Below, in pieces: positions 11,143 to 21,389 of a stretch of DNA of 64,000 nucleotides; within the stretch, counting starts at the first letter, position 1; each line of letters starts with the position of its first letter. Both the position numbers and the translations under genes were made by a program. Origin of the DNA: Flavobacteriaceae bacterium (lineage in GTDB: Bacteria > Bacteroidota > Bacteroidia > Flavobacteriales > Flavobacteriaceae); NCBI GenBank assembly GCA_002721175.1, contig PBJR01000008.1, positions 108,685-172,684 of the forward strand. Reading direction: 5' to 3'. The notes beneath the pieces were generated by a model, which worked only from the letters and a program-made list of their open reading frames with translations, was not told where the DNA came from and made no database searches.

Positions 11143-11149
11143 AATAAAT

Positions 11150-12814
11150 TTAGTTTGTAGAAAATTTTGAAGCCTTATAACCAATGCGAATTGCTCTAGC
11201 TCTAATTTTTTTACTTTCTTCTAATTCAATTGGTTTTGTGTATAATTCCCAATATATTGAACCAATAGAATCACCTATTTGGTATCCAATAGATGCTCCT
11301 TTTGTTTCACAAATTAAGTGTACCTCATTATCATTTCTACTGATAATTACTTCTGAAGTTATCGGTTGAATCATATTTGGCCAAAATTCTTTAATAATTT
11401 CACTTTCAGGTATAAATCCGCGATCATTAACCTCTTTTTGCCATAATTGAAGTTCTTTGCGCATAGCAAATAAAACATTTGTATAATTGGAATCTAAGGC
11501 TAAATTATTAATTTCATAAGGGTCCGTTTCTAAATCATACAGCTCCTCAACTGGCTTAGTCTTCATAAATATATAAGATTCATCACCAGTAAGTTTACCT
11601 TGTTTGTCAAGGTTAATCAACTCTTTATTCATAGGAATTTTTTCTCTGTATTTATTCCTGTAAATAAGTGGCAGCTCAGGCATAAAATTTTTAATATATA
11701 CAAATCTACCGTCTAGCACAGATCTTTGCATGTCAGTTGACTCATCAAAACGATCTGCAGAGCCAAAAATATATTTTCTGGGATCATCTTTATAAAATCC
11801 AGCAAATGCTTTTCCGTCCATGTAAGAAGGCGGCTCAATTCCTAATATTGACATTACAGTTGGACCAAGATCCATCAGTGATACCATACGACTATCAGTT
11901 TCACCCGCTCTGTAACCATCAGGGTAGCGAACAATTAATGGAACATGAAGTCCACTATCTCCAACAGCTCTTTTCTGACGCAAAAGATTTCCACCATGAT
12001 CACTCCAGAAAAAAATTATAGAATTTTCTAGTACATCATCACGCTCAAACTTTTCCATTAATAAACCAATTTCTTTGTCAAGTGCCTCAATATTAGAATA
12101 CTTTCGAGCTATGGCCTCCCTAACTATTGGTATGTCAGGAAAATAATCTGGAACGGGAACATTTTTTGGTGAAACTGTCAAGGGCTCATTTTTGCGAATC
12201 CATATTCTTGATTCATGAGTTGTATAATAATTTTTTACGTAAAAAAATGGCTTCCCATCTGGTGCATCCATATATGATCCATTCCCATAGACATCATCCC
12301 ATGCGGTAAAAGGTGCATTGAACTGGTAATCGCATTTATTGTCATTTACACAATAGTATCCTGCTTTTCTTAGATATTCTGTAAAAGGTTTCACATATGC
12401 TGGAGTAACCACTTCATAGTCGGGAACATTTTTCCCTGATTTATCTAAAATACCCTTATCATTTCTAAATTTCACCTCTTCAGGCCATTTAAAGTTATTA
12501 TGGTCCCCTGTGCGCATATTGTGGGCTCCAAGTCTAACAGGGTACATACCAGTAATAATTGAAAATCGACTCGGGGCACAAACTCCAACAGTTGAGTAAG
12601 CATTTGTATACTTAACACCCTCGGTTGCAATACGATCAATGTTTGGTGTATTAATAAATTTATTATCATAGGAGCTTAGAATTGGTCCCATGTCTTCACA
12701 ACTTATCCATATCACATTAAGGGGTTTTTTTACAGAATTCTGAGCAGTTGTAAAAGTGGAAAAAAAGAAAATTAAAATAAAATATTTTTTGAAATATAAC
12801 TTCCTCATTTTCAA
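11150..12814 (-). CDS. S1 sulfatase, Cys-type (S1_8-like) with small C-terminal CHB_HEX_C/Fn3-associated-like module
   Basis: Motifs NVIWISCEDM, CAPSRFSIITG, SDHG, EELYDL..DPYE; C-terminal CETKGASIGYQ...W.LYTKPI...ARAIRIGYK. Confidence 0.9.
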   Translation of the reverse strand: MKMRKLYFKKYFILIFFFSTFTTAQNSVKKPLNVIWISCEDMGPILSSYDNKFINTPNIDRIATEGVKYTNAYSTVGVCAPSRFSIITGMYPVRLGAHNMRTGDHNNFKWPEEVKFRNDKGILDKSGKNVPDYEVVTPAYVKPFTEYLRKAGYYCVNDNKCDYQFNAPFTAWDDVYGNGSYMDAPDGKPFFYVKNYYTTHESRIWIRKNEPLTVSPKNVPVPDYFPDIPIVREAIARKYSNIEALDKEIGLLMEKFERDDVLENSIIFFWSDHGGNLLRQKRAVGDSGLHVPLIVRYPDGYRAGETDSRMVSLMDLGPTVMSILGIEPPSYMDGKAFAGFYKDDPRKYIFGSADRFDESTDMQRSVLDGRFVYIKNFMPELPLIYRNKYREKIPMNKELINLDKQGKLTGDESYIFMKTKPVEELYDLETDPYEINNLALDSNYTNVLFAMRKELQLWQKEVNDRGFIPESEIIKEFWPNMIQPITSEVIISRNDNEVHLICETKGASIGYQIGDSIGSIYWELYTKPIELEESKKIRARAIRIGYKASKFSTN

Positions 12815-12818
12815 CTAT

Positions 12819-14216
12819 TTAATAGTGTAGTAAAGTATAATCACTTTCAGTTAATTTTCCGTTTAATTTGTCACTAACTTTATTCCACTTTGATGCCTGA
12901 TCTAGCGGATGTAAGGTAGGCTTAATTAATGGCATTCTTTCACTCAATAAAAAATCACTTTGAGATTTCATCCATGAGTTTAAGGCTTTAGATAACTCCT
13001 CTTTGATTGAAAATAAACTATCATTATTAATCAAATTATTTTCTTGATAAGGATCATTTTTAAGATCATATAGTTCTTCATACGGAGTATTAGGAAACGA
13101 CTCGGCTCCTATTTTTATAAACTCATTCACAATAGGATTTTTTCCATAGTTGGACGATACAACTTCTAATGAATTATAATTTCTAATGTACTTATATCTA
13201 ATATCACGAACCGCTCTAATTGGAAAAACCTTACAGTCTCTTATATTTTGTCTAGTTGAAAGGGAAAAAATATATTTATGAATTGGAGCTTGACTTCCAA
13301 AAAAAGTACTTTTAAAACTTTTGCCATCGATACTAGATGGAATATCAGCACCAATAATATCTAGAAAGGTTGGAAGCACATCCACAAAGTTTAACATAGT
13401 TTCAGAAATAGAGTTTTCTTTAATGACTCCGGGCCAACGAACAATAAAAGGAACTCTTAACCCTTGTTCTGAAACACCCCACTTTCCAGAAATACCATGA
13501 TCCGAAGCATAAATAAAAATTGAGTTGTGATATAAATTATTATCTTTCACTAACCTCAAAACTTTGGTTAGTTGAGAATTATCGTCTTTTATATTTTGGT
13601 AATATCCTCTTTTAAAACCTCTAAAACTCCCCCTATCGTAAGGTAACGGAAAGATATCTTCAATCGAATAGCTAGAATTTTTTGGATATGGTCCATGAGG
13701 AAAATCTGATGTGACAAAAACACAAAATGGTCCTTCGGAGTTTTTTAAATAATTTTCAAGATCTTCAAGTGGCAAAAAACGATTATTTACAGATTTAAAA
13801 TACTTCGACCACTTAAAAACGGAATTAGGTTTTACATGACCTTTACCTGCTAGAACAACATCATATCCGTGTTCTTGCATGTAATCGATAATAGTTTTGA
13901 TATCTGATTTGACTGGTAAATGATTAGCCATGCACCCATTTTTCATAGGATACATTCCTGTAAAAATTTGAGACCGACTAGGTGCACATATAGCCTGACT
14001 GGTATAAAAATTATTAAACCTCATCCCTTGTTTAGCTAATAAGTCAACTGCTGGTGTATGCACTTTGGGATTACCATAAGCACCATAATCTAATAAATCT
14101 TGGTCATCAGCTAAATAAAAAAAAATATTTGGTGCCTTTGATGTCTCTTGGGCCAATGAAAAATGAAAAGTCACAAGAGTGAAAAAAATAAAAAATTGTT
14201 TTAAATAATTTAACAT
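12819..14216 (-). CDS. S1 sulfatase, Cys-type (S1_8/sulfamidase-like)
   Basis: Motifs PNIFFYLADD, CAPSRSQIFTG, GKGH, PHGPY, SDHG, EELYDL..DPYQ. Confidence 0.9.
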   Translation of the reverse strand: MLNYLKQFFIFFTLVTFHFSLAQETSKAPNIFFYLADDQDLLDYGAYGNPKVHTPAVDLLAKQGMRFNNFYTSQAICAPSRSQIFTGMYPMKNGCMANHLPVKSDIKTIIDYMQEHGYDVVLAGKGHVKPNSVFKWSKYFKSVNNRFLPLEDLENYLKNSEGPFCVFVTSDFPHGPYPKNSSYSIEDIFPLPYDRGSFRGFKRGYYQNIKDDNSQLTKVLRLVKDNNLYHNSIFIYASDHGISGKWGVSEQGLRVPFIVRWPGVIKENSISETMLNFVDVLPTFLDIIGADIPSSIDGKSFKSTFFGSQAPIHKYIFSLSTRQNIRDCKVFPIRAVRDIRYKYIRNYNSLEVVSSNYGKNPIVNEFIKIGAESFPNTPYEELYDLKNDPYQENNLINNDSLFSIKEELSKALNSWMKSQSDFLLSERMPLIKPTLHPLDQASKWNKVSDKLNGKLTESDYTLLHY

Positions 14217-14218
14217 AT

Positions 14219-16399
14219 TTAATTTTTGATAATAAATTTGACAACTTGATTTTGTTTACCGTCATTTGATTTCAATATGTAAACACCTGGACTGAATGAC
14301 TTAACATTAATCTCTATTTTATTTGAGACCGAAAAGTCATTACTATAAACTAAAACTCCGTTAGCTTGAAAAATACTTACATCCCTTTTTCTTTGGTTTG
14401 GAAAACTTATCTCAAGTTTTGATTTAGTTGGATTCGGATAAACTCTTATTAACTGATGATTGTTTTCTGGTGAGATATTGTTTGAACTCAAACTTGTATC
14501 AATATCAAAAACAATACTTCGCATTGACAAAGCATCTAAATCAAGATTTATAAAATCAGAGGAGAGATTAAGATTATCAACCGGGGTTATATTGAAATTT
14601 TCTTCAACAAGATCTGAAGTAACATAATTTGTTATTGAAGTTGTACCATTTGGGATTTCCAAATCAAAATCTAAAATATTATCGTAAGAAAACAAATGAA
14701 CAACAATCTTTGATTCATCTGTAGACTTAAAAGCTAAGACTTTAAGGTTATCACCAAAACTATTAACATGAATCCTTTCGTAATTTTTCTTTACTAAATT
14801 AGCAAAGTGTTTAAATACATAATAGCGTTTTGGTAATATAATATTTAAATTCGAATCCCATAAAACAAGTGCTGAGGACCCATAATTATCACCTGGATTA
14901 ACCTCATTGATATAATCATGTTTTTCATAAAATAAATGAAGCATGTAAGCTGTTAATCCACCATAATTAAAGCCATCCATAATTCGCTCAATATGATAAC
15001 TAGCATCTAGCATATCAAAATCAGGACTATGTAAATTACCAGCTTCAGTTACCCAAATAGGTTTCTGAAGACATGCAATTTTCAATGCTGCCCAGTCTGT
15101 CGGAGTGATTGAACTTTGATAAGTGTGAGTAGCTACAACATCAGTTACCGAAGCAACGTTTGGATTGTTGAACATTGAGTTAATATAATTTACGGTTGAT
15201 GTATTGGAATTAGTTGAATTCACCCGAAATGTTTCAGGCGAAATAATTTTTACATGTGAAAGGTTTTCTGAAATTAATCTATCGCCTAAATTTGAAATTA
15301 TATTGGCTAATTGACTGGGCGTTGTGTTCATAGATTCATAAGAAACTTGGAAATCGGGTTCGTTGGTTGGTGAAATTGCATTGACCGTAATTTCATATCT
15401 TGACTGCATACCATTTAAAAACCCAATTAAAAACTCACTAAATTCATCTTCACCTCCAGCAATCAAGGTTCCCCCGTTGGTATGAGATCCATTAGTTTTT
15501 AACCAAGCTGGTGCACTATTACAGTTTCCTATAACTTGATCAAAACCATTAATACTCAAATCAAAAGCATTATTAAGAGCCTCTGCCACATATCTTGTTC
15601 TGAAAGAGTTTGGATCACTATCGTAACGAGTCCAATCTAAGGCAGATTCATTTAAATTAAATGGATTATTATTATCGTTTGGATCTTCTAAGTCGTGATA
15701 AACAAAAAATCGAATCATATTAGCCTCTAATTCCTGAAAAGCATAACTTTCAATCTGGTTACGCAAAACTTCATTTAAAGCATACAAATGCTCAGTTCTC
15801 CTTTTTATTCCAGCTCCAAATCCGTCAACAGTTTGATAAGTAATATCTTGATTTAAAGAAATTGTTCTACCTACGACTACTTCAACTTCATCAAGAAAGT
15901 ATGTCACTCCAGCATCCATATACCAAAAACTCAACCTATTTAAATCAGAATTATGATTCACAGAAAAAGTATGTGTAAATTGTTGCCAGTTTTGGGTAAT
16001 TGTTTTGTTATTTCCTTGATAGCTTCCAGAAACCTCTGATTGAAAAACGACTTTCATAATTGCATTACTATTTCCGTTAACCTTAGCCCAAAATCTTACT
16101 GTATATGTTTGGCCTGCCTCAACCTGAAAAAGATAATCACTGTGTGTTTTGACATGCCACCCATTACTACCAAGTGATATAATTTGACTTTTTTGAGCTT
16201 TGCTACTTCCTGGAATTAAATTCTCAGTTTCAATTGAGTAGATAGCCTGTCCTCCATTCGTTTGAAGATTAGTCCAATAGCTAAAGTTAGATGTTCCGGG
16301 ATCAATATCCTCAAATTCACCATTAGCAAGCGGTAATTGATTTTGGGCACCTAAAAAAGGTGCCCAAAAAAGATAAAAAACCGTTAAAATTTTATTCAA
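14219..16399 (-). CDS. Secreted GH30-like glycoside hydrolase with N-terminal CBM4/9-like module and T9SS CTD
   Basis: TTG start, signal peptide, NGEFE...YFLDEV CBM, YQTVDGFGAG, ISPTNEPD (acid/base), IWVTE (nucleophile), YYVFKHF, CTD VYPNP...GVYILK. Confidence 0.85.
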   Translation of the reverse strand: MNKILTVFYLFWAPFLGAQNQLPLANGEFEDIDPGTSNFSYWTNLQTNGGQAIYSIETENLIPGSSKAQKSQIISLGSNGWHVKTHSDYLFQVEAGQTYTVRFWAKVNGNSNAIMKVVFQSEVSGSYQGNNKTITQNWQQFTHTFSVNHNSDLNRLSFWYMDAGVTYFLDEVEVVVGRTISLNQDITYQTVDGFGAGIKRRTEHLYALNEVLRNQIESYAFQELEANMIRFFVYHDLEDPNDNNNPFNLNESALDWTRYDSDPNSFRTRYVAEALNNAFDLSINGFDQVIGNCNSAPAWLKTNGSHTNGGTLIAGGEDEFSEFLIGFLNGMQSRYEITVNAISPTNEPDFQVSYESMNTTPSQLANIISNLGDRLISENLSHVKIISPETFRVNSTNSNTSTVNYINSMFNNPNVASVTDVVATHTYQSSITPTDWAALKIACLQKPIWVTEAGNLHSPDFDMLDASYHIERIMDGFNYGGLTAYMLHLFYEKHDYINEVNPGDNYGSSALVLWDSNLNIILPKRYYVFKHFANLVKKNYERIHVNSFGDNLKVLAFKSTDESKIVVHLFSYDNILDFDLEIPNGTTSITNYVTSDLVEENFNITPVDNLNLSSDFINLDLDALSMRSIVFDIDTSLSSNNISPENNHQLIRVYPNPTKSKLEISFPNQRKRDVSIFQANGVLVYSNDFSVSNKIEINVKSFSPGVYILKSNDGKQNQVVKFIIKN
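16341..16369. repeat. Perfect 12-bp inverted repeat (hairpin) inside the 5' end of the GH30 gene, just downstream of susD
   Basis: ttttgggcacct-aaaaa-aggtgcccaaaa; no U-tract follows the stem on either strand. Confidence 0.8.
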
Positions 16400-16416
16400 G
16401 ACGACGACAATTAAAT

Positions 16417-17991
16417 TTAATTAATTAGCTCATTTGTATTAATCTCTGTGAGGGGTAACGGTAATAACATAACTCTACTTGGATCTTCACTCAACGTCAA
16501 ATCTTTGTTCTGAAAATTCATTAACTGTCCATCTGATAGTGTTTGAGTTGTATTATGTGGGATTATTATATTACTTAAAAAATAATCAAATCCTCTGCGT
16601 CTGTTATTGTGTGCATCTTCACCTTCTCCTATTAACTCATACCTGTATTCTTTCATAATTAAGTCTCTAAATGTCGATTGATCAGCTGAAGCATAATGCG
16701 TATTATCCAATCCAACTCTATTTAGAACTTGAGTAACATAAGAAATTGCCTCACCTGAGTTACCTAACTCATTAGAAATTTCAGCCAACATCAACAAAAG
16801 CTCAGCGTATCTATATATGACAATATTTTTATCGTCATACTGATTACTGTGAGTTACATCCTTAACTGCATATTTGAATAAAAACGGATGAGAATTTCTA
16901 AAATTTTGTCTGGTTCTAGACGGCCAAGTCCTTGTAAGAGAACCAAACCAATTATTAGTTGGGTTGTTATTAGTGTATTCGCTAATATAAGTAGCAGCAA
17001 GTCTGGGGTCACCAGGATATGCTTGTGCGTGATCATCGTATATATCAGCATTGACAGTGAACCATCCAAAAGATTGGGCAGCTTTGTAATTATTTGGAGT
17101 GTAGTTCCTTCCCATTTGACTATTTGATGCTACCTGACTAATTTGTAATTCAAATATTGACTCAGAACTATTTTCATTATCTAATGTAAAAAGAGATGAA
17201 TAATCTGGTGCAAGGCTATATTCACCCTCAAACTCAGCAACATTGTAAACCTCTTTTGCGGCATCGTATGCCTGCTGCCAGAAATTAAATACAGTCAAAG
17301 ACTCATCAACTAATTGTGGATTAGTAGCTAATGTCATGTAGACTTTTGAAAGCAACATATCAGCAGCATATTTTTTTACATAATGAGGTCCAGATGATCC
17401 GTTAATATAATTTTTCGCTAGTTCAGCGTCATTAATAATTTGAACATAAACATCCTTGGCATCAGAAAGCCCAATCATGTAATTATCCGACGAAGGAAGC
17501 TGAGTCCAAAGAGGAATATCGCCAAACATTCTTACTAAAGAAAAGTAAGACCATGATCTTATAAATAAAGCTTGACCATAAGCGTCATTTAAAACCAGTT
17601 CGTCAGCTGTTGCTATGGAAGGATCAGTATATGGAATATTAGCAATTGCAGCATTACACCTTGCAATAGTTGTATAAAGACCAGCCCACATTGCGGCAAC
17701 ATCAGCCTCATTTTGCCTAGGCTTCAGCGAAAAAAGATTTGCATTATTAGGATTATTGATATTTCCTCCCTGCTTTCTTGTGTTAAAAAAACCGGAATAA
17801 CCATTTATTACAAATAATCTTCTTTCCTGAGCATTATATGTTGTCAATGCAGCGTAAATACCATCAATAGCCGAAACAACAATTTCGGGATCTGAGTAAA
17901 CGCTTTCATCTAAAAATGGGGGGTTTTCCTCCAAATCACATGAAGAAAAAATAGCGAATGTCACTAATAATAATATTTTAATATTTTTCAT
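16417..17991 (-). CDS. susD: SusD/RagB-family glycan-binding lipoprotein
   Basis: Lipobox FSSC; ALFIRSWSYFSLVRMFGDIP, ESIFELQ, YRYAELLLMLAE, EYRYELIGEG; directly downstream of susC. Confidence 0.95.
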   Translation of the reverse strand: MKNIKILLLVTFAIFSSCDLEENPPFLDESVYSDPEIVVSAIDGIYAALTTYNAQERRLFVINGYSGFFNTRKQGGNINNPNNANLFSLKPRQNEADVAAMWAGLYTTIARCNAAIANIPYTDPSIATADELVLNDAYGQALFIRSWSYFSLVRMFGDIPLWTQLPSSDNYMIGLSDAKDVYVQIINDAELAKNYINGSSGPHYVKKYAADMLLSKVYMTLATNPQLVDESLTVFNFWQQAYDAAKEVYNVAEFEGEYSLAPDYSSLFTLDNENSSESIFELQISQVASNSQMGRNYTPNNYKAAQSFGWFTVNADIYDDHAQAYPGDPRLAATYISEYTNNNPTNNWFGSLTRTWPSRTRQNFRNSHPFLFKYAVKDVTHSNQYDDKNIVIYRYAELLLMLAEISNELGNSGEAISYVTQVLNRVGLDNTHYASADQSTFRDLIMKEYRYELIGEGEDAHNNRRRGFDYFLSNIIIPHNTTQTLSDGQLMNFQNKDLTLSEDPSRVMLLPLPLTEINTNELIN

Positions 17992-18002
17992 TTTAATATA
18001 TT

Positions 18003-21000
18003 TTAAAAATTAAGATTCAAACCAATTGAAATGTTTTTAGCGTCTGGAGATCCGTTCCAATCAACTCCATTTCTCAAACCGTCATATGAAAAGCTTGAAA
18101 TTTCTGGATTATAGCCACTGTAGTCTGTCCAAACAAATAAATTTTGAGCCGTTATAAACAAATTGAATCTATCAAAGACACTTAAGTTGTCAACTGGAAA
18201 ATCATAACCAATAGTTATATTATTAAGCCTTAAAAAACTACCATCTTCAATAATTCTGTCAGTTATAGCTGTGTCACCAACAGTATTATAGCCAATTCTA
18301 GGATGAATATTTGAAGGGGCATCTGGTCTCCAAGCATTATAATATGAATCCGATAAAACGTTTTGAAATTGGCCAGTTGCATTTCCAATAGTTAATAAAT
18401 TCCCATTAGCTATATCATTACCATGAACACCACTGAATAGTAGACTAGCATTAAAGCGTCTATATCTTAAATTCAAATTAAATCCATAAATAAAATCAGG
18501 ATTTGGGTTACCTATAAAAGTTCTATCTAGATCGTCAATTACACCATCTCCATTTTGATCAATAATTCTAGGGTCACCTGGAACTGCTCCATCAACTAGA
18601 TCGGTATCATCAGATTGATATATTCCATCTGTTTCAAATCCATAAAATAGGCTCGTTTCTTCTCCTTCAACAAAAACATTTGCTGGAGATTGAAAAATTT
18701 GACCTCTACTTATATTATTTCCAAAGAAAAAAGAACGCTGTTCAGCAACACCGTCAATATAAAAATCGTCAGCTGGAACACCCAAAGACTCAAGCTTTGT
18801 CTGGTTAAATGCGATATTTCCACCAAATGAAAATTCAAAATCATCATTTGAAATTAAGTCAAAGTTCATTGCTAATTCAATTCCCTTATTTGAAATATCC
18901 CCTTTGTTAATTAAAATATTGCTATAGCCTGAGGATGTTGGAATTGGAATATTTTGTAATAAATCTTTAGTTTTTTTATCGTAAAAATCAATAGTCCCAG
19001 AAATTCGATCATCCAAAACAGAAAAATCTATTCCAAAATTGACTTGTTCCGTAGTTTCCCAAGTCAAATCCGGATTGGCAATATTATTTAATAAAACTGG
19101 AATACTGATACCATTAGTTGGAGTTCCATATTGAACATCAGAACTAATTCCATAATTTGAAATGGTACCATAAGGTCTAATTCCATGATTTCCAATTTGA
19201 CCCCAACCAGCTCTCACTTTTAAGCTATTGATAAAATCAATATCTCTAAAAAAAGTTTCGTTACTAGCATTCCAAGCAAGTGCAAATGATGGGAAAAAAC
19301 TATAACGATTGTCTCTTGAAAACTTAGAAACACCATCCCGTCTAAAAGATGCAGTAAGAACATATCGGTTGGCAAAAGAGTAATTAACTCTTCCTAGGAA
19401 TGAGAAAACTTGTTGCTTTGAATCTAGATAAGTCAAAGGCGTAGTAATTACCGAGCCTAAGTAAGGTTGTTCTGTTCCTAAAGAAGTTGTAAAGAAATCT
19501 TCTACCGCATAAACACTATTTTCAATATCTCTTACATCATAAGTTATACCAGCAGTAGCATTAATTCGATGTTTTCGATTAAATGTTCTGTTATACCTCA
19601 GCAAGTTATTAACTTGAAAGGTTTTGGCGTCAAGCCCAGATAATTGTAAAGCACCATTAGCATTTCTGCCCTGAAATGTTGTTTTACCATAAAACCTTCT
19701 TCTATCCTTTGTTCTAACATTTCCACCCATTCTGTACTGATAGCTTAATCCTTTAACAGGAAGCTTGTAAGTCAATGCTATTGATCCAATAAAACGCTTT
19801 TCTTTAGAAATATCTGAGAAGTCATTAATCCAAGAGTACGGATTAGATGTATCTAAATCCTCTACAAAATCATCCACTCCAGATGAAATAATGGGTCTAA
19901 ATACTAGAGCACTTCTTACAAAGCTTTGGTTCGAGCTACCTATCAAATCACCAGACTCTGCAAAATCAGTTTCAGTGAAAAAAGCAGTCGCACGAGCTTG
20001 AATCTTTAAATTTTTATTTAAGTCTTTGTTTAAGTTTATCCTTAAATCCCCTGATTTTACACTAGAGTTAGAAACAATACCTTTTTCGTCACCAAAGCCA
20101 CCTGAAATATAATAATTTCCGTTGTCACTACCGCCAGAAGCTGAAGCACCAAAACGATGACTGTAAGATTGGTCATACACCTCATCCTGCCAATTGTATG
20201 TATCTAATGGAGCATCACCTTGAGTTGTTGATGTTGTTATTCCGTTCGCATCTGAAGTATATTGTAATGAGTAAATTTGGTTACCATCAATTAAATATGG
20301 CACTCTGGTATCGACTGTTTGGGTGTCATTTGATGGATCTGGATCTGGATTATTGAAAACCCATGACTCATTTTGGTATCTTGCATATCCGACTCCATCT
20401 AACATGTCGTACTTTTTTCTGATGCTTCGAACAGAGGTTGTGTAAAAGGAATTTAACTTAATGTTACCCTTTTCACCTTTCTTTGTAGTAATCAACACCA
20501 CACCATTAGCACCTCTTGACCCATAAATTGCAGTAGCGGAGGCGTCTTTTAAAACCTCTATACTCTCAATGTCACGGGGATTGATACCGGTTAATCCATT
20601 TTGAGCTTCTTGACCTGAGTTACCAACACCTCCAGCTGGAAGCACGTCCTCACCTGCAGAGGCAATAATTATTCCATCCACAACGTACAAAGGCTCATTA
20701 TTTCCTCTTAAACTATTTGTTCCTCTAATTCGAACACTGATGCCAGAGCCAACAGCACTAGAATTTTGCAAGACTTGAACTCCAGCAGCTCTACCTTGCA
20801 GCAATTGATCAACTCCTGTTGTTTGGTTAGCAATATTTTCCTCAACTTTCACAGAACTTATCGAACCTGTCACATCTTTTTTGAGAACAGTTCCGTAACC
20901 AATAACGACGACCTCATCCAATGCAGCTGTATCAACTTGCATTGCAATTGAAACATTATTTGTGTTTGTTACATCCGCTTCAATGGTTTCAAATCCAACG

Positions 21001-21227
21001 TATGAGAAAATTAATACTTGCTTTCCACCTTCTGACAAGCTTATTGTAAACTCTCCGTCAAAGTTAGTAACGGCGCCTAAATTATCGGTTCCCTTGACTT
21101 GGACAGTTACACCAGGAAGAGGCAAACCCTCATCATCATTAACTACTCCGGTGACTGTCTTTGATTGAGCAAAAATTACTGCAGGTAAAAGTAAAATTGC
21201 TAATGTAATTATTATTTTATTTTTCAT
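18003..21227 (-). CDS. susC: SusC/RagA-family TonB-dependent transporter
   Basis: N-terminal extension (GLPLPGVTV...FSYVGF), LDEVVVIGYG, PLYVVDG, DIESIEVLKDASATAIYGSRGANGVVLITTKKG, NPDLTWETT, C-terminal Phe. Confidence 0.98.
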   Translation of the reverse strand: MKNKIIITLAILLLPAVIFAQSKTVTGVVNDDEGLPLPGVTVQVKGTDNLGAVTNFDGEFTISLSEGGKQVLIFSYVGFETIEADVTNTNNVSIAMQVDTAALDEVVVIGYGTVLKKDVTGSISSVKVEENIANQTTGVDQLLQGRAAGVQVLQNSSAVGSGISVRIRGTNSLRGNNEPLYVVDGIIIASAGEDVLPAGGVGNSGQEAQNGLTGINPRDIESIEVLKDASATAIYGSRGANGVVLITTKKGEKGNIKLNSFYTTSVRSIRKKYDMLDGVGYARYQNESWVFNNPDPDPSNDTQTVDTRVPYLIDGNQIYSLQYTSDANGITTSTTQGDAPLDTYNWQDEVYDQSYSHRFGASASGGSDNGNYYISGGFGDEKGIVSNSSVKSGDLRINLNKDLNKNLKIQARATAFFTETDFAESGDLIGSSNQSFVRSALVFRPIISSGVDDFVEDLDTSNPYSWINDFSDISKEKRFIGSIALTYKLPVKGLSYQYRMGGNVRTKDRRRFYGKTTFQGRNANGALQLSGLDAKTFQVNNLLRYNRTFNRKHRINATAGITYDVRDIENSVYAVEDFFTTSLGTEQPYLGSVITTPLTYLDSKQQVFSFLGRVNYSFANRYVLTASFRRDGVSKFSRDNRYSFFPSFALAWNASNETFFRDIDFINSLKVRAGWGQIGNHGIRPYGTISNYGISSDVQYGTPTNGISIPVLLNNIANPDLTWETTEQVNFGIDFSVLDDRISGTIDFYDKKTKDLLQNIPIPTSSGYSNILINKGDISNKGIELAMNFDLISNDDFEFSFGGNIAFNQTKLESLGVPADDFYIDGVAEQRSFFFGNNISRGQIFQSPANVFVEGEETSLFYGFETDGIYQSDDTDLVDGAVPGDPRIIDQNGDGVIDDLDRTFIGNPNPDFIYGFNLNLRYRRFNASLLFSGVHGNDIANGNLLTIGNATGQFQNVLSDSYYNAWRPDAPSNIHPRIGYNTVGDTAITDRIIEDGSFLRLNNITIGYDFPVDNLSVFDRFNLFITAQNLFVWTDYSGYNPEISSFSYDGLRNGVDWNGSPDAKNISIGLNLNF

Positions 21228-21337
21228 TTGTGATTAATTACTTGGTTAAATAGTTTTTTTTGAGAAAACTTTAAATCTTAAATTTATTTAATTACTTTGT
21301 GAGAAAGTATTAAATTTTTCTCAATTTAACAAAGAAT

Positions 21338-21386
21338 TTTTTATAAATAACCCAATAAAGATAGCGAAAAAATAAAAAAACCCAAA
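21338..21386 (-). promoter_or_regulatory. Putative susC promoter (-33/-7), copy 1 of a 41-bp exact duplication
   Basis: Minus strand TTTG (21383-21386), 19-nt spacer, TATCTTTA (21356-21363; one mismatch to the Bacteroidota TAnnTTTG). 21338-21378 is identical to 25369-25409. Confidence 0.65.
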
Positions 21387-21389
21387 TTG

